Positions 30,665 through 41,691 are shown, counted from the stretch's first letter. The stretch is DNA of 64,000 nt from Candidatus Dormiibacterota bacterium (GCA_963709585.1 CAVPXI010000015.1:160001-224000), one strand, 5' to 3'. Notes: generated by a model not told the origin, from the letters alone. Program-made: numbers and translations.

Positions 30665-32176
30665 CTAAACGAGGGTACCCGACGGGTCCAGCCCTTCGAG
30701 GAGCTTCTGGACCGAGGTGACGAAGCGGGTTGCCTGGAGGCCGTCGTTGATGCGGTGGTCGAACGACAGACCCAGGTTCATGATCGGCCGGATCGCGATC
30801 GCGTCACCGACGACCACCGGCCGCTTGACCACCAGATCCATGGTCATGATCGCCGCCTGCGGCTGGTTGATGATCGCCTGGGTCATCACCGCTCCGAGAG
30901 CGCCCGTGTTGTTGAGCGTGAACGTTCCGCCCTGGATCTCATCGAGCTTCAGGTGGTTGGTCCGCGCCCGCGCACCGAGGTCGGCCATGGTGGTCGCGAG
31001 CCCGGTGATGCTCAGCCGGTCCGCGTCGCGCACCACCGGCACGATGAGGTTGTCCTCCAGCGCCACGGCGATGCCGAGGTTGATGGCCCGCTTGACGACG
31101 ATCCCCGCGTCACTCCACGACGCGTTGAGGGTGGGATGGCGTTGCAGCGCCTCGACGACCGCCCGCGCGACAAAGGGCAGGAAGGTGAGCTTGACGCCGT
31201 GCCGCTCCTCGAACGCGGCTTTCTCACGATCGCGAATCCGCCACACCGCGGACATGTCGACCTCCACCATGACGTACGCGTGCGGCGACGTGTGCCGGCT
31301 CCGAACCATGTGCTCCGCAATCGCCCTCCGCACCTGCGTCAGCGGAACAACCGTCTCCCCCTCCCCGGCCTGAGTGAAGGAGGCCGGACCAGCAGACGCC
31401 GAAGCCGCCGTTGGCGCCGTCGAAGCCGGCTGCGGTGCCTGCGTAGGCGACATAGCCGGTGGAGTCGCCGGAGCGGGCGCCGTGGCCGGCGGCCGCGAGG
31501 GCACCGACGAGCCGGCGTCCCTCTGCTGCACGTACTCAAGAACGTCCTTCTTCGTGATCCGCCCGCCGATCCCGCTGCCGGTGATCTGCGACAGATCCAC
31601 CCCGTGCTCGCGCACCAGCATCCGTACCGCCGGGGTCACGTGATAGTCGCCGGCCTGCCCGTTCCCACCGGCTGCCGCATCAGACGCCGGAGCCGCCGCC
31701 GCGGATTCGCTGAAGGCATCCTGAATCGGCCCGACCGCGGTCTCCCCTCCCGCCTGCGCCCGCGCGGGTGGTGCCTGCGGCGCGGTCGGCACAGCTTGCG
31801 GCTCGGAGGGCGCAGTCTGCGGCTCCGCCGGCTCCGTATTCCGCTCCGCGGGTGCCGCTTGCGCGCTCTGCGCCGCCGGCACGCCGACGGCAGCGACCTC
31901 CTTGACATCCGGCTCGACCGCGGCATCCGAAGCCGCGACGCCGGTGTCGATGGAGCAGATCGGCTGTCCCACCGGCACCACGGTGCCTTCCGCGGCGATC
32001 AACTCGGCCATCACGCCGTCAGCCGGGGCAGGGATCTCGGCGTTGACCTTGTCGGTGATCACCTCGGCGATCAACTCGTATTTTGCGATCGAGTCGCCGG
32101 GATGTTTGAGCCATTTGGCGATGGTTCCCTCGGTGACGCTCTCACCGAGCTGCGGCATCGTGACGGTCAGTGCCAT
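30665..32176 (-). CDS. bkdB: 2-oxoacid dehydrogenase E2 dihydrolipoamide acyltransferase
   Basis: MPQLGESVTEG, TDKV lipoyl site, E3-binding domain, FDHR; substrate class inferred from E1. Confidence 0.9.
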   Translation of the reverse strand: MALTVTMPQLGESVTEGTIAKWLKHPGDSIAKYELIAEVITDKVNAEIPAPADGVMAELIAAEGTVVPVGQPICSIDTGVAASDAAVEPDVKEVAAVGVPAAQSAQAAPAERNTEPAEPQTAPSEPQAVPTAPQAPPARAQAGGETAVGPIQDAFSESAAAAPASDAAAGGNGQAGDYHVTPAVRMLVREHGVDLSQITGSGIGGRITKKDVLEYVQQRDAGSSVPSRPPATAPAPATPPAMSPTQAPQPASTAPTAASASAGPASFTQAGEGETVVPLTQVRRAIAEHMVRSRHTSPHAYVMVEVDMSAVWRIRDREKAAFEERHGVKLTFLPFVARAVVEALQRHPTLNASWSDAGIVVKRAINLGIAVALEDNLIVPVVRDADRLSITGLATTMADLGARARTNHLKLDEIQGGTFTLNNTGALGAVMTQAIINQPQAAIMTMDLVVKRPVVVGDAIAIRPIMNLGLSFDHRINDGLQATRFVTSVQKLLEGLDPSGTLV

Positions 32177-32201
32177 TTCGCGAGGTTCCTTGTGTTCGAG
32201 T

Positions 32202-33186
32202 TCAGTACGCGGCGAGCTCGCGGAGCTTCGCCTCGACCTTGTTTGGGGTGACCAGATAGAACTGCTCCAGCGGCGGCGAGAACGGCATCGCCGGAATCTC
32301 GGGACCGCCGAGCCGCATCACCGGCGCGTCGAGACTGTCAAAGCAGTCCTCCGCGATGATCGCCGCAACCTCCGACGCGACGCTGACTGCGAGGTTCGCC
32401 TCCTGCACGATCAACACCTTGCCGCACTTGCTCGCACTTGCGACGATCGCCGCACGATCGAAGGGGCGCAGCGACCGGAGGTCGACGACCTCGCAGGAAA
32501 ACCCATCTGCAGCAAGGCGATCGACCGCTTCGAGCGAGGTGTGCACCATCATGCCGTAACTGAACACAGCGATGTCCCTACCCTCACGCACCACTCTCGC
32601 GCGATCGAGTGGCACGGTGTACTCGCCGTCCGGCACCTCGCCCTTGACCGCACGGTAGGCACGTTTGTGCTCGAAATAGAGCACCGGGTCCGGGTCGCGC
32701 AGCGCCGAGATGATCATGCCCTTCGCGTCGTACGGAGTTGACGGCACGACCACGCGAAGTCCCGGGATGTGGGCGAAGATCGCTTCGATCGACTGGGAGT
32801 GGTACAGCGCGCCGTGCACTCCCCCGCCAAAGGGTGAGCGCACCACCATCGGCACGTTCCAGTCACCGTTGCTCCGGTAGCTGATTTTCGCCGCCTCGCT
32901 GATGATCTGATCGACCGCCGGCATGATGAAGTCCTGGAACTGGATCTCGGCGATCGGACGGAGTTCCGTTCATCGCCGCACCGATTGCGACGCCGACGAT
33001 CAGTGATTCGGCGAGCGGGCTGTCGAGCACCCGCCATTCCCCGAACTCCTTCTGCAGCCCCTCGGTGACCCCGAACACGCCGCCCTTGGCTCCCACATCC
33101 TCGCCGAGGATCATGACGCGCTCGTCGCGCTGCATCTCCTCGCGGATGCCATCGCGGATCGCCTGGATGTACGTCTTCTCGGGCAC
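32202..33186 (-). CDS. bkdAB: 2-oxoacid dehydrogenase E1 beta (apparent +1 frameshift at ~32964)
   Basis: GEDVG..GGVF and HSQS, FEHK in two frames; removing one base restores GLRPIAEIQF. Confidence 0.9.
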
Positions 33187-33188
33187 GA

Positions 33189-34199
33189 TCAGTCCGCCAT
33201 CTCCGTATACACGTGCAGCATCGCTGTTTCGGGCGATGGCAGAGGCGACAGCTCCGCCTCGTCGGTGGCGCGGTCGAGCTCGAGGACCAGTTCGGCGCGC
33301 ATCTCCTCGGCGTCACCCGGGTGCAGGACGCCGATCTCCTCGAGGGTCGCCTTGAAGCGGTGCAGGGAGTCCCGCTCCTTGTCCGCCTCGAGGTCCTCGG
33401 CGGTGCGGTAGCGACGCTGATCGTCGTCCGAGCTGTGCGACGTCAGGCGCAGAACCTTCGCCTCGATGAGCGTCGGGCCGTCGCCGCGACGCGCGCGCTT
33501 CACCGCCTCGCGCGCGGTTCGGTAGCAGGCGATGGCATCGCAGCCGTCGACGATGACGCCGGGAATGCCGTATCCCTTCGCGCGATCGGCGACGTCCTCG
33601 GTGGGCATCTGCTTCTGCCACGGCACGCTGATCGCGAAACCGTTGTTCTCGACGAGGAAGATCACCGCGAGCTTGTGAATCGCCGCGAAGTTCAGGGCCT
33701 CGTGAAAGTCACCCTCGCTGGTGCCACCCTCACCGATGGACGTGAAGGTCACCGCGTCCTCGCCGCGCATCCGCGACGCGAGCGCGATACCCGCTGCGTG
33801 GAGGAGTTGCGTCCCCACCGCCGATCCGGTGCTGATGATGTTCAGGCGCCGGCAGCCGTAGTGCGCCGGCATCTGCCGGCCGCCGCTGTTGGGATCGGCG
33901 GCCCGCTGGAGCACCGACAGGATGTGATCCTTGGGGGTCATCCCGAGCACCAGCGTCAAGGCGAGATCGCGATAGTACGGGGCGATCCAGTCATAGGTGG
34001 GACGCAGGTTCATGCCAAAGGCGACTTGAACCGCTTCGTGGCCCTCTGCGGAGATCCAGAACGGCGCGCGTCCCTGGCGGTTCAGGACCCAGAGCCGCTC
34101 GTCGAGCAGCCGCGAGCGGAGCATGTGCCGGTACATGAGCCGGAGCGTCTCCGCGTCGAGGCCGGCGCGCGCCTTGGTTTCGGTCCGTGTCATCGCCAT
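33189..34199 (-). CDS. bkdAA: 2-oxoacid (probably branched-chain) dehydrogenase E1 alpha
   Basis: DPNSGGRQMPAH, GEGGTSEGDFHE..ENN TPP motif, HSSDDD. Confidence 0.9.
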   Translation of the reverse strand: MAMTRTETKARAGLDAETLRLMYRHMLRSRLLDERLWVLNRQGRAPFWISAEGHEAVQVAFGMNLRPTYDWIAPYYRDLALTLVLGMTPKDHILSVLQRAADPNSGGRQMPAHYGCRRLNIISTGSAVGTQLLHAAGIALASRMRGEDAVTFTSIGEGGTSEGDFHEALNFAAIHKLAVIFLVENNGFAISVPWQKQMPTEDVADRAKGYGIPGVIVDGCDAIACYRTAREAVKRARRGDGPTLIEAKVLRLTSHSSDDDQRRYRTAEDLEADKERDSLHRFKATLEEIGVLHPGDAEEMRAELVLELDRATDEAELSPLPSPETAMLHVYTEMAD

Positions 34200-34262
34200 G
34201 TGCCGTTCATCCCTCCGAACGAAGCTGACGCCGCCACCCCTGCGTCGGCGCTCCGCCGCCGC

Positions 34263-35666
34263 TCAAATGTGGATCGCCTCGCCGCTGACAGCAAGGGCAG
34301 CTTCAGAGAGCACTTCACTGAGTGTAGGGTGCGGCGCGACCGCGTGGCCCATCTCGAAAGCAGTGGTCTCGAGGAGGCCCCCCAGCGCTGGGCCCCAGAT
34401 GAGCTCGGTCACCTCGTGGCCGATGATGTGGACGCCGAGGACGGTGCCGTCTGCCTTGTCGGCAACCACCTTGCAGAATCCGTCGCTCTCTCCCCAGATC
34501 ACCGCCCTGCCGTTGCCACGGAACGGCATGACCCCGATCGCGACCTCGTGCCCGGCGGCCTGTGCCTCGGTTTCGCTGAGGCCCATGGAGCCGATCTGCG
34601 GGGTGCAGTACGTCGTGCGAGTGACGAGCCGGGGATCGAGCGGATGCGGATGGCGCCCGGCGATCGCCTCGACGGCGAGCACGCCCTCGTGGAGCGCCTT
34701 GTGCGCGAGTTGGAATCCTCCCACCACGTCGCCCACGGCGCTGATCCCGTGCTCACCGGTGCGGAGCATCGCGTCGACGGCGATGACACCACGTTCGACC
34801 ACGACCCCGGTCCCCTCGATGCCGATGTTCTCGACATTGGCCGCTCTGCCGACCGCGACCAGGAGCACTTCGGCCTGGAGCCGCTGTTCCTTGCCGTCCT
34901 CGCCCGCCACGGTCACGGCGACGCCACCCTCGTTGCGCTCGATGGAGCCGAGGTCGAGACGGTGCCCGGTCAGGCATGTGATCCCACGTGCCTCGAACTG
35001 GCGTCGAAGCTCGGTGCCAACGGCGGTGTCCTCGAGGGGCACCAGGTTCGGCAGCATCTCGACGACGGTCACCTCGGCGCCGCAGCTGCGATACAGCGAG
35101 GCGAACTCGACGCCCACGGCGCCCGCGCCGAGGACGATCGCCGACGCCGGCAGTCGATCCATCCGGAGCGCCTCGTCGCTGGTGAGGATGACGTTCCCGT
35201 CGGCGGGAGCGCCGGGAAGCTGCTTGGGCCGCGATCCCGTGGCGATGACCACCGAGCCGGCCTCCATCTCCAGCGCCTCGCCCCCCGGCGGGGTGACGAC
35301 GAGGCGACCGGCACCGTCGACGCGACCGCGCCCACTGATCACATTCACCTTGTTCTTGCGCAGCAGGAACTGCACGCCCTTGTGCAGCTGGCTGACCACC
35401 TGGTCGCGACGGCGCCCGGCGACCGAGTAGTCGAAGTGGACGTCGCCGGTGGTGACCCCGAACGACTCCGCGTGACGCAGCTCGTCGAGCAGCGCCGCAC
35501 TCTGAAGCAGTGCCTTGGCCGGGATGCAGCCGCGGTGCAGGCAGGTGCCGCCGACCTTGTCCTCCTCCACCAGCACCACGCTCAGCCCCAGCTGGGCCGC
35601 GCGGATCGCCGCCGGGTAGCCGCCCATCCCGCCCCCGAGAATGGCGATGTCAAATCGTTCGGCCAC
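34263..35666 (-). CDS. lpdA: Dihydrolipoyl dehydrogenase
   Basis: GGTCLHRGCIP, HPTLSE; TATACT 9 nt before GTG. Confidence 0.95.
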   Translation of the reverse strand: MAERFDIAILGGGMGGYPAAIRAAQLGLSVVLVEEDKVGGTCLHRGCIPAKALLQSAALLDELRHAESFGVTTGDVHFDYSVAGRRRDQVVSQLHKGVQFLLRKNKVNVISGRGRVDGAGRLVVTPPGGEALEMEAGSVVIATGSRPKQLPGAPADGNVILTSDEALRMDRLPASAIVLGAGAVGVEFASLYRSCGAEVTVVEMLPNLVPLEDTAVGTELRRQFEARGITCLTGHRLDLGSIERNEGGVAVTVAGEDGKEQRLQAEVLLVAVGRAANVENIGIEGTGVVVERGVIAVDAMLRTGEHGISAVGDVVGGFQLAHKALHEGVLAVEAIAGRHPHPLDPRLVTRTTYCTPQIGSMGLSETEAQAAGHEVAIGVMPFRGNGRAVIWGESDGFCKVVADKADGTVLGVHIIGHEVTELIWGPALGGLLETTAFEMGHAVAPHPTLSEVLSEAALAVSGEAIHI

Positions 35667-35742
35667 TGGATCCTGAGTATATCGGCGGGGTCCCTCGACC
35701 AAACTCCGATGCGGTCGGCTCCCTGAAGCCGGCGCCGTCGAT

Positions 35743-36636
35743 TTAGGCCGACAGGAAGCGGCGAACTCCGAGGAAGCTGCCCAATGCGCCGACGGCGACC
35801 CCGCCGATCAGCAGCACGACGAGCAGGGTGATCGTGTAGCGGGCGTCGAACGGCACGCTCAGCAGGTTGCCCTGCGCCGCCTGCACGAACAGATGGTACG
35901 CGCCGAACACCACAGCCCCCGAGAAGACCGCAGCGAGCAATCCCCCGAGCATGCCCTCGAGGATGAACGGCCAGCGGACGAACCAGTCGGTTGCACCCAC
36001 GAGCTTCATGATCTCGATCTCAGTTCGCCGCGAGTACACGGCCGTCCGGATCGTATTCATGATGATGACGATGCTGATGGTCAGCAGAATGATCGCGATG
36101 ATCGCCCCGACCCACTGGATGACCGTGATCACCGTGTTCAGCTTGCCGATGACGTCGGAGTTGTAGTCGGTAGGGGTCGTACTGTCGACGATCGGCGTGG
36201 CCTTGGCCTCGGCGTTGAACTGGCTGAGGTCGACGAGCTTGCGGACATTGAGGTTCAGCGACGCCGGCAGCGGATTGCTGCCGAGGACGTCGAGGGCGCT
36301 CCTGATCGAAGGGTTCTGCGAGGCCTGCTCCGCCGCTTGATCCTTGGTTTCGAACGTAACCGAGATAACCCGCGGGTCATGCTTGAGCCGGCTCTCGAAA
36401 TTCGTGATCGCCGGCAGCGACGCGTTGTCCGACAGGTAGATCTTCAGATGGCTCGCGTTCTGCTCCTGCCCCTGGAGGACCGTGTTCACGGAATGGGTGA
36501 AGAGCAGGGATCCGCCGACGAGAAAGATGATCAACCCCATGGTGAACACACCCGCCAGCGAGACACCAAGGTTGCGCCGGAAATTCTGGCCGGCGCTGTG
36601 GAGTGCGAACCACAGCGACGCGAGGACCTGCCTCAC
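35743..36636 (-). CDS. ftsX: Cell division permease FtsX
   Basis: NPLPAS, EIEIMKLVGAT..PFILEG. Confidence 0.93.
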   Translation of the reverse strand: MRQVLASLWFALHSAGQNFRRNLGVSLAGVFTMGLIIFLVGGSLLFTHSVNTVLQGQEQNASHLKIYLSDNASLPAITNFESRLKHDPRVISVTFETKDQAAEQASQNPSIRSALDVLGSNPLPASLNLNVRKLVDLSQFNAEAKATPIVDSTTPTDYNSDVIGKLNTVITVIQWVGAIIAIILLTISIVIIMNTIRTAVYSRRTEIEIMKLVGATDWFVRWPFILEGMLGGLLAAVFSGAVVFGAYHLFVQAAQGNLLSVPFDARYTITLLVVLLIGGVAVGALGSFLGVRRFLSA

Positions 36637-37388
36637 AGGGTTGCGGTTCCTTCGCGCAGATAGCTTCCCTCGGCCTCGTCTCTGACCACGCGGCCGTTGT
36701 CGATGGCGATCACCCGGCGGCGGACGAGGTCGACCACCTCGCGGTTATGCGTCGCCATCAGGACGGTCGTACCCCGGTGGTTGATCTGCAACAGCAGCTG
36801 CACGATGCCCCACGACGTGTCGGGGTCGAGGTTTCCGGTGGGCTCATCGGCGAGGAAGATGCGCGGCCGGTGCACGAGCGCACGCGCGATCGCCACGCGC
36901 TGCTGCTCACCACCGCTCAACTCGTCGGGAAACTTGTCGAGCTTGTCCTCGAGGCCGACGATCCAGAGGACCTCCTCGACCTTCTCGCGCAGATGGCGCT
37001 GACCCGGGCGGGTCACCTGCAGCGCGAACGCAACGTTCTGCGCGACCGTGCGCCGCGCGAGCAGCTTGTAGTCCTGGAAGACGATGCCGAACTTGCGGCG
37101 CAGCTTGGGGAGCTTGCGATGCGACATCCGGCTGATCTCCTGCCCGTCGATGAAGATCCGCCCCGTCGAGGGAGCCTCGTCGCGGATGAGCAGGCGCACG
37201 AGCGTCGACTTGCCGGCACCGCTCGGTCCAACCAGGAAGCAGAAGTCGCCTTGATGGATCGCCAGATCAACGTCGCGCAGGGCCTCCGTTCCGTTCGGAT
37301 AGACCTTGCTCACGCCGTGAAACGAGATGACCGGGCGGAGCGCGTGCTGAGGGGGGGCCGCAGATCGCTCCGCAACCGCCACGCTCAC
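36633..37388 (-). CDS. ftsE: Cell division ATP-binding protein FtsE
   Basis: GPSGAGKST, VFQDYKLL, LSGGEQQR, DEPTGNLDP. Confidence 0.95.
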   Translation of the reverse strand: MSVAVAERSAAPPQHALRPVISFHGVSKVYPNGTEALRDVDLAIHQGDFCFLVGPSGAGKSTLVRLLIRDEAPSTGRIFIDGQEISRMSHRKLPKLRRKFGIVFQDYKLLARRTVAQNVAFALQVTRPGQRHLREKVEEVLWIVGLEDKLDKFPDELSGGEQQRVAIARALVHRPRIFLADEPTGNLDPDTSWGIVQLLLQINHRGTTVLMATHNREVVDLVRRRVIAIDNGRVVRDEAEGSYLREGTATL

Positions 37389-37538
37389 CAGGCTGCCCCC
37401 TGGGGCGATGTCTTCATAGGATGCTTTCTGGGATCGCTACTAAGTCGGCGGCCAGTATAGACCGGGGTTTCGGCGGACTTCCGCGATATTTCACAGATTG
37501 GTCACTTCCGTATGGGGATTGTCCCCGCGGCGGTCCGA

Positions 37539-38658
37539 TCAGGATGCCTTCGATTCTGCACCCTCGCGCGCCGCCCAGTGCAGGTATCCCTCGATGAACG
37601 GGTCGATGTCGCCGTCGAGAACGCCCTGGGCGTTGCCCACCTCGACCCCGGTCCGGTGGTCCTTGACCATCGTGTATGGGTTGAGCACGTAGGAGCGGAT
37701 CTGGCTCCCCCATTCGGCGGCGATCAGTTCGCCCTTGAGATCGGCGATCTTCTGGGCATGAGCGGCCTGCTGTAGCGCGAGCAGCCGGGAGCGGAGCACT
37801 CGCCAGGCGACGTCCCGGTTCTGCTGCTGCGATCGCTCGTTCTGGCAGGTGACCACGACGCCTGTCGGGATGTGGGTCAGCCGGACCGCGGACGAGGTCT
37901 TGTTCACGTGCTGGCCCCCGGCGCCGCTCGAGCGGAACACGTCGGTGCGGACGTCGTCCGGATCGATCTCGACGGTGACGGTGTCCTCGATCTCCGGGGT
38001 CACCTCGACCAGCACGAAGGACGTGTGGCGGCGATGGGCGGCGTCGAACGGACTGATCCGGACCAGCCGGTGGACCCCATGCTCGCCCTTGAGCAGGCCG
38101 TAGGCCCGGGAGCCGGACACACGGATGGTCGCCGACTTGATCCCCGCCTCGTCGCCCACCGATTCCTCGAGGAACTCGACGGGCATCCGATGCTGCTCAG
38201 CCCAGAGGAGGTACATGCGCAGGAGCATCTGCGCCCAGTCCTGGGAATCCGTCCCGCCGGCGCCGGCGTGGATCCCGATCAGGGCCACGTGGTCGGTGTA
38301 GGGGTCGGTGAACAGGAGATCGATCTGGCGCCGTCCGACCTCCTTCTCGAGGGAGCGGAGCTCCTTCTCGACGTCGGCGGTGACCGCCTCGTCCGGCTCC
38401 GCGTCGACCATCGCCGCCAGCTCGCGGGCGTCACTGGCGCGCTGCGTCAAGGATTCCCAGGTGCTCAGGTCGTCACGAATACGCGCCGCTTCCTGGTTGA
38501 GCGATGCCGCACGCTTTGGATCGTCCCAGAGGTCCGGCGCCGCGATCTCCTGGTCGAGTTCGATCAGGCGGACTCGTTTCCCGTCGAGGTCAAAGATGCC
38601 CCTGGAGCTCGGCAATGCGGGCGGCGACGTCGTTGGCGCGTTCTGCAAGCTCGCTCAT
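37539..38658 (-). CDS. prfB: Peptide chain release factor 2 (programmed +1 frameshift at 38590-38595)
   Basis: SPF and GGQ motifs; 22-codon first frame ending AGGGGCAT-CTT-TGA-C. Confidence 0.97.
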
Positions 38659-38683
38659 GTGGCGAGTATTCCACAATGAAGTG

Positions 38684-39706
38684 ATGCAAACCGTCGCGGC
38701 CGTCTCGTCTGACGCGATCGGCGACCTGTTCCCCGATATGCCGCGGGCCTTCGATTTCGACGACGTGTCGCTGGTGCCGCGCATCCCGTCGACGCTCGCG
38801 CACCGGACCGAAGCCCTCCCGGCCATGGACTTCGGGCCGGTGCGGCTGACCGTCCCGTTGATCGGGTCGCCGATGCCGGACGTCTGCGGCGTCGACATGT
38901 GCCGCGCTCTCGGCGAGCACGGCGCCCTCGGGATCCTGCCTCGCTTCCAGCCCATCGATGAGCAGGCCGCCGAGCTTCGCGACGTCGCGGCCGCGGGCGG
39001 CCCCGTCGCTGCCGCGCTCGGCGTCACCGGCGATTACCGCGACCGTTTCGCACGCATCGTCGAGTCCGGCTGCAGGATCGTGTGCCTTGACACGGCCAAC
39101 GGCGCGCACGAGCAGGTCGGCCATGCGGTGCGATGGGTGCACGACCAGGATGCCGCGGTATTCCTCATCGCCGGCAACGTCGCGACCGCCGAGACATTCC
39201 GGTGGCTCGAGGACCAGGGGGTGGACGCGATCCGGGTGGGGATCGCCGGCGGGTCGGTGTGCGAGACCCGCACCGAGACAGGCGTGCACGCCCCGACGCC
39301 CTACAGCGTCTCCGAATGTGCCCGGGTCCGCCGGCACGCTCTGATCATCGCTGATGGAGGGATCCGCAGCCCAGCCGACATGTGCAAGCTCCTCGCGCTG
39401 GGCGCGGACTGCGTCATGGTCGGCTCCGCGCTCGCCGGGACCTACGAAGCCCCGGGACGCGTGATCGTCGTCGACGGGAAGAAGTTCAAGATCATGCGCG
39501 GCGCCGCCTCGTTCTCGGTGCAGCAGGAATTCGCCGGCGAGGATCCCGAGTACATCGAGGGAGCCAAGTCGATCGTGGCGTACAAGGGCAGGGTCGCCGA
39601 TGTGATCCAGCGCTACGTGGCCGGACTGCGCAGCTCGATGTCGTACATGGACGCGCGCACCCTCGACGAATACCGGAGCAACGCGAGCTTCATCCGGATG
39701 CGCTAG
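38684..39706 (+). CDS. IMP dehydrogenase/GMP reductase family, no CBS domains
   Basis: FDDVSLVP, AGNVAT, GIAGGSVCETR, IADGGI, GLRSSMSY. Confidence 0.9.
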   Translation: MQTVAAVSSDAIGDLFPDMPRAFDFDDVSLVPRIPSTLAHRTEALPAMDFGPVRLTVPLIGSPMPDVCGVDMCRALGEHGALGILPRFQPIDEQAAELRDVAAAGGPVAAALGVTGDYRDRFARIVESGCRIVCLDTANGAHEQVGHAVRWVHDQDAAVFLIAGNVATAETFRWLEDQGVDAIRVGIAGGSVCETRTETGVHAPTPYSVSECARVRRHALIIADGGIRSPADMCKLLALGADCVMVGSALAGTYEAPGRVIVVDGKKFKIMRGAASFSVQQEFAGEDPEYIEGAKSIVAYKGRVADVIQRYVAGLRSSMSYMDARTLDEYRSNASFIRMR

Positions 39707-39740
39707 CGGCGCCGTTCGGGGCGTACATGGCGAGAACGGG

Positions 39741-40712
39741 ATGAAGGCGATCGTCCGTTACGAGTACGGTTCTCCCGAGGTTCTCGAACTCCGAGAGCTC
39801 GACATCCCGGTCGTGGATGACAAGACCGTGCTGGTGCGGGTTCGCGCCGCGTCCTTGAATTCAGGCGACCTGGAATCGCTGTACGGCAGGCCACTGATTG
39901 CGCGGGGCACCGGGCTGCGCAAGCCGCGCAACCGCGGGCTGGGAGTCGATGTGGCAGGCGTAGTCGAGGCTGTAGGCAAAGCTGTGACTGAGTTTCACCC
40001 AGGCGACGAGGTGTTCGGGGATCTGACCCAGCATGGCTTGGGCGCATTTGCCGAATACGTCTGTGCCCCACCGCGTGCCTTCGCCGTGAAACCAGGCCAG
40101 ATGACCTTCGAGGAAGCAGCGACCGTCCCGCAATCGGCAATCCTCGCTCTCCAGGGTTTTCGCGGCAAGCGACCGATCCAGCCCGGGGAGCGGGTCTTGA
40201 TCAACGGCGCAGGCGGGAACGTGGGTCCCTTCGCGGTGCAGATCGCCAAGTCGTTCGGAGCCGAGGTGACCGGAGTGGACCGTACAAGCAAATTGGAGAT
40301 GCTGCGCTCGATCGGCGCAGACCATGTCATCGACTTCACCCGAGAGGACTTCACGCGAAGCGGGCAGCGCTATGACCGGATCCTCGATCTCGTGGCCCGT
40401 CGTTCGATGTTCGACTGCAAGCGCGCGCTACGTCCAAAGGGGATCTACGTACTACAGGGAGCCTCCACGGCTCGCCTGCTCGAAGGTGCGGTTCTGGGAC
40501 CGCTGATTTCGATGAGCAGAAGCACGACGATGAGGGTGATGTGGTGGTGGAAGCCATTCAAGAAGGAAGACGTGCTGGCCTTGAAGGAGCTGATCGAAGC
40601 TGGGAGCGTGGCCCCGGTCATTGACCGACGCTACCCGCTGAGTGAAGTCCCTGCAGCTCTCGAATACCTGCGGGAAGGCAACTCTCGAGGAAAAGTCGTC
40701 ATCACCATGTGA
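39741..40712 (+). CDS. NAD(P)-dependent MDR-family oxidoreductase
   Basis: INGAGGNVG, GADHVID, PVIDRRYPL, GKVVI. Confidence 0.9.
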   Translation: MKAIVRYEYGSPEVLELRELDIPVVDDKTVLVRVRAASLNSGDLESLYGRPLIARGTGLRKPRNRGLGVDVAGVVEAVGKAVTEFHPGDEVFGDLTQHGLGAFAEYVCAPPRAFAVKPGQMTFEEAATVPQSAILALQGFRGKRPIQPGERVLINGAGGNVGPFAVQIAKSFGAEVTGVDRTSKLEMLRSIGADHVIDFTREDFTRSGQRYDRILDLVARRSMFDCKRALRPKGIYVLQGASTARLLEGAVLGPLISMSRSTTMRVMWWWKPFKKEDVLALKELIEAGSVAPVIDRRYPLSEVPAALEYLREGNSRGKVVITM

Positions 40713-40761
40713 GGCGTCGATCGCCACCCGGCCAACCTCTGGCGCCTCGTGAAATAGAGGG

Positions 40762-40791
40762 AGCCCGGCCGGGGCGAGGCCCGACCGGGCT
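40762..40791. terminator. Hairpin between convergent genes
   Basis: AGCCCGGCCGGG-N6-CCCGACCGGGCT. Confidence 0.5.
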
Positions 40792-40845
40792 GGTCCAGTG
40801 CGCCGGAGACCATTTCAGGGCCACGGCAGCAAGTCGTGAGCCGTG

Positions 40846-41565
40846 CTAGCTCGCCAGTCGGGCGGCGAGGATGCGCTTCGCGGGCTTTGCCGCCCTCACG
40901 CCGATAACGAGTAGGTACACCACCATCCAGGGCTCGGCGATTGCCGGCACGATGCTCGTGAAGGCGTGAATCCGCTTGTCAAGGTCGGGGATCAGGAAGG
41001 CGGCCAGCATGTCCACCAGGTAGGAGACGCTGGCGACAACCAGCACGATCCCCAGCGGCTTGGGGAAACACCCTGACTTGTAGGCGAGATACCCGAGCGG
41101 CGCCAGCCACAGGCCGAAGAAGATCTGCGCGGTGAGCAGCCCGTAGTGCTGAGCATCGAGCAGGAGCAACACGAGGGCATTCGAACCGCCGATACCGAGG
41201 GTGGCCGCGTTGACCCCACCGGTTGCGACCCGCAAGCCCTCGAACTCGAAGACGGCACTGACGCAGGTGATGGCAGCAGCGAGTGCGACAAAGACGAGCA
41301 TCGCCCTGGCCGCGCTCTTGTGCACGTCTTTGAGGAGCATGTAGAGGGCGAGGGCCGTGAAGACAAAGAACGTCCCGTCGAGCAGGTCGGAGACGATGCC
41401 CATACGAAGCAGACCGGCGTTGGCGACCACGTTCCCGGCGGTGGCCGCCGCGTTGCCGGCGACGTACATCTTGGGCTCCACGAATCCTTCGGCAAAGCCG
41501 CCGAAGATGCCGACGAGCAGGTAGAGGCCGCCGGCGATTCTCGCGAGGCGCTTGGGTGGGGTCAT
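40846..41565 (-). CDS. DUF4386-like membrane protein
   Basis: ARIAGGLYL, IFFGLWL.PLGYL, YLLVIG; AAGGGAG RBS. Confidence 0.8.
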   Translation of the reverse strand: MTPPKRLARIAGGLYLLVGIFGGFAEGFVEPKMYVAGNAAATAGNVVANAGLLRMGIVSDLLDGTFFVFTALALYMLLKDVHKSAARAMLVFVALAAAITCVSAVFEFEGLRVATGGVNAATLGIGGSNALVLLLLDAQHYGLLTAQIFFGLWLAPLGYLAYKSGCFPKPLGIVLVVASVSYLVDMLAAFLIPDLDKRIHAFTSIVPAIAEPWMVVYLLVIGVRAAKPAKRILAARLAS

Positions 41566-41581
41566 CGAGGGTCTCCCTTGA

Positions 41582-41667
41582 ACATACGCTGTAAGCTTAG
41601 GTTGTAAGTTACACTTACGCAGTAAGTTTGTCAAGGGCGGCTTTCGGGCAGAACTTACCTTGTACGT
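41582..41667. promoter_or_regulatory. Four TetR-type operators overlapping divergent promoters
   Basis: ACTTAC-N3-GTAAGT at 41613 (perfect), variants at 41582, 41595, 41653; minus-strand TTGACA-N17-TAACTT. Confidence 0.75.
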
Positions 41668-41691
41668 TAAAGTCAGCCGCGGAGGATGCAG

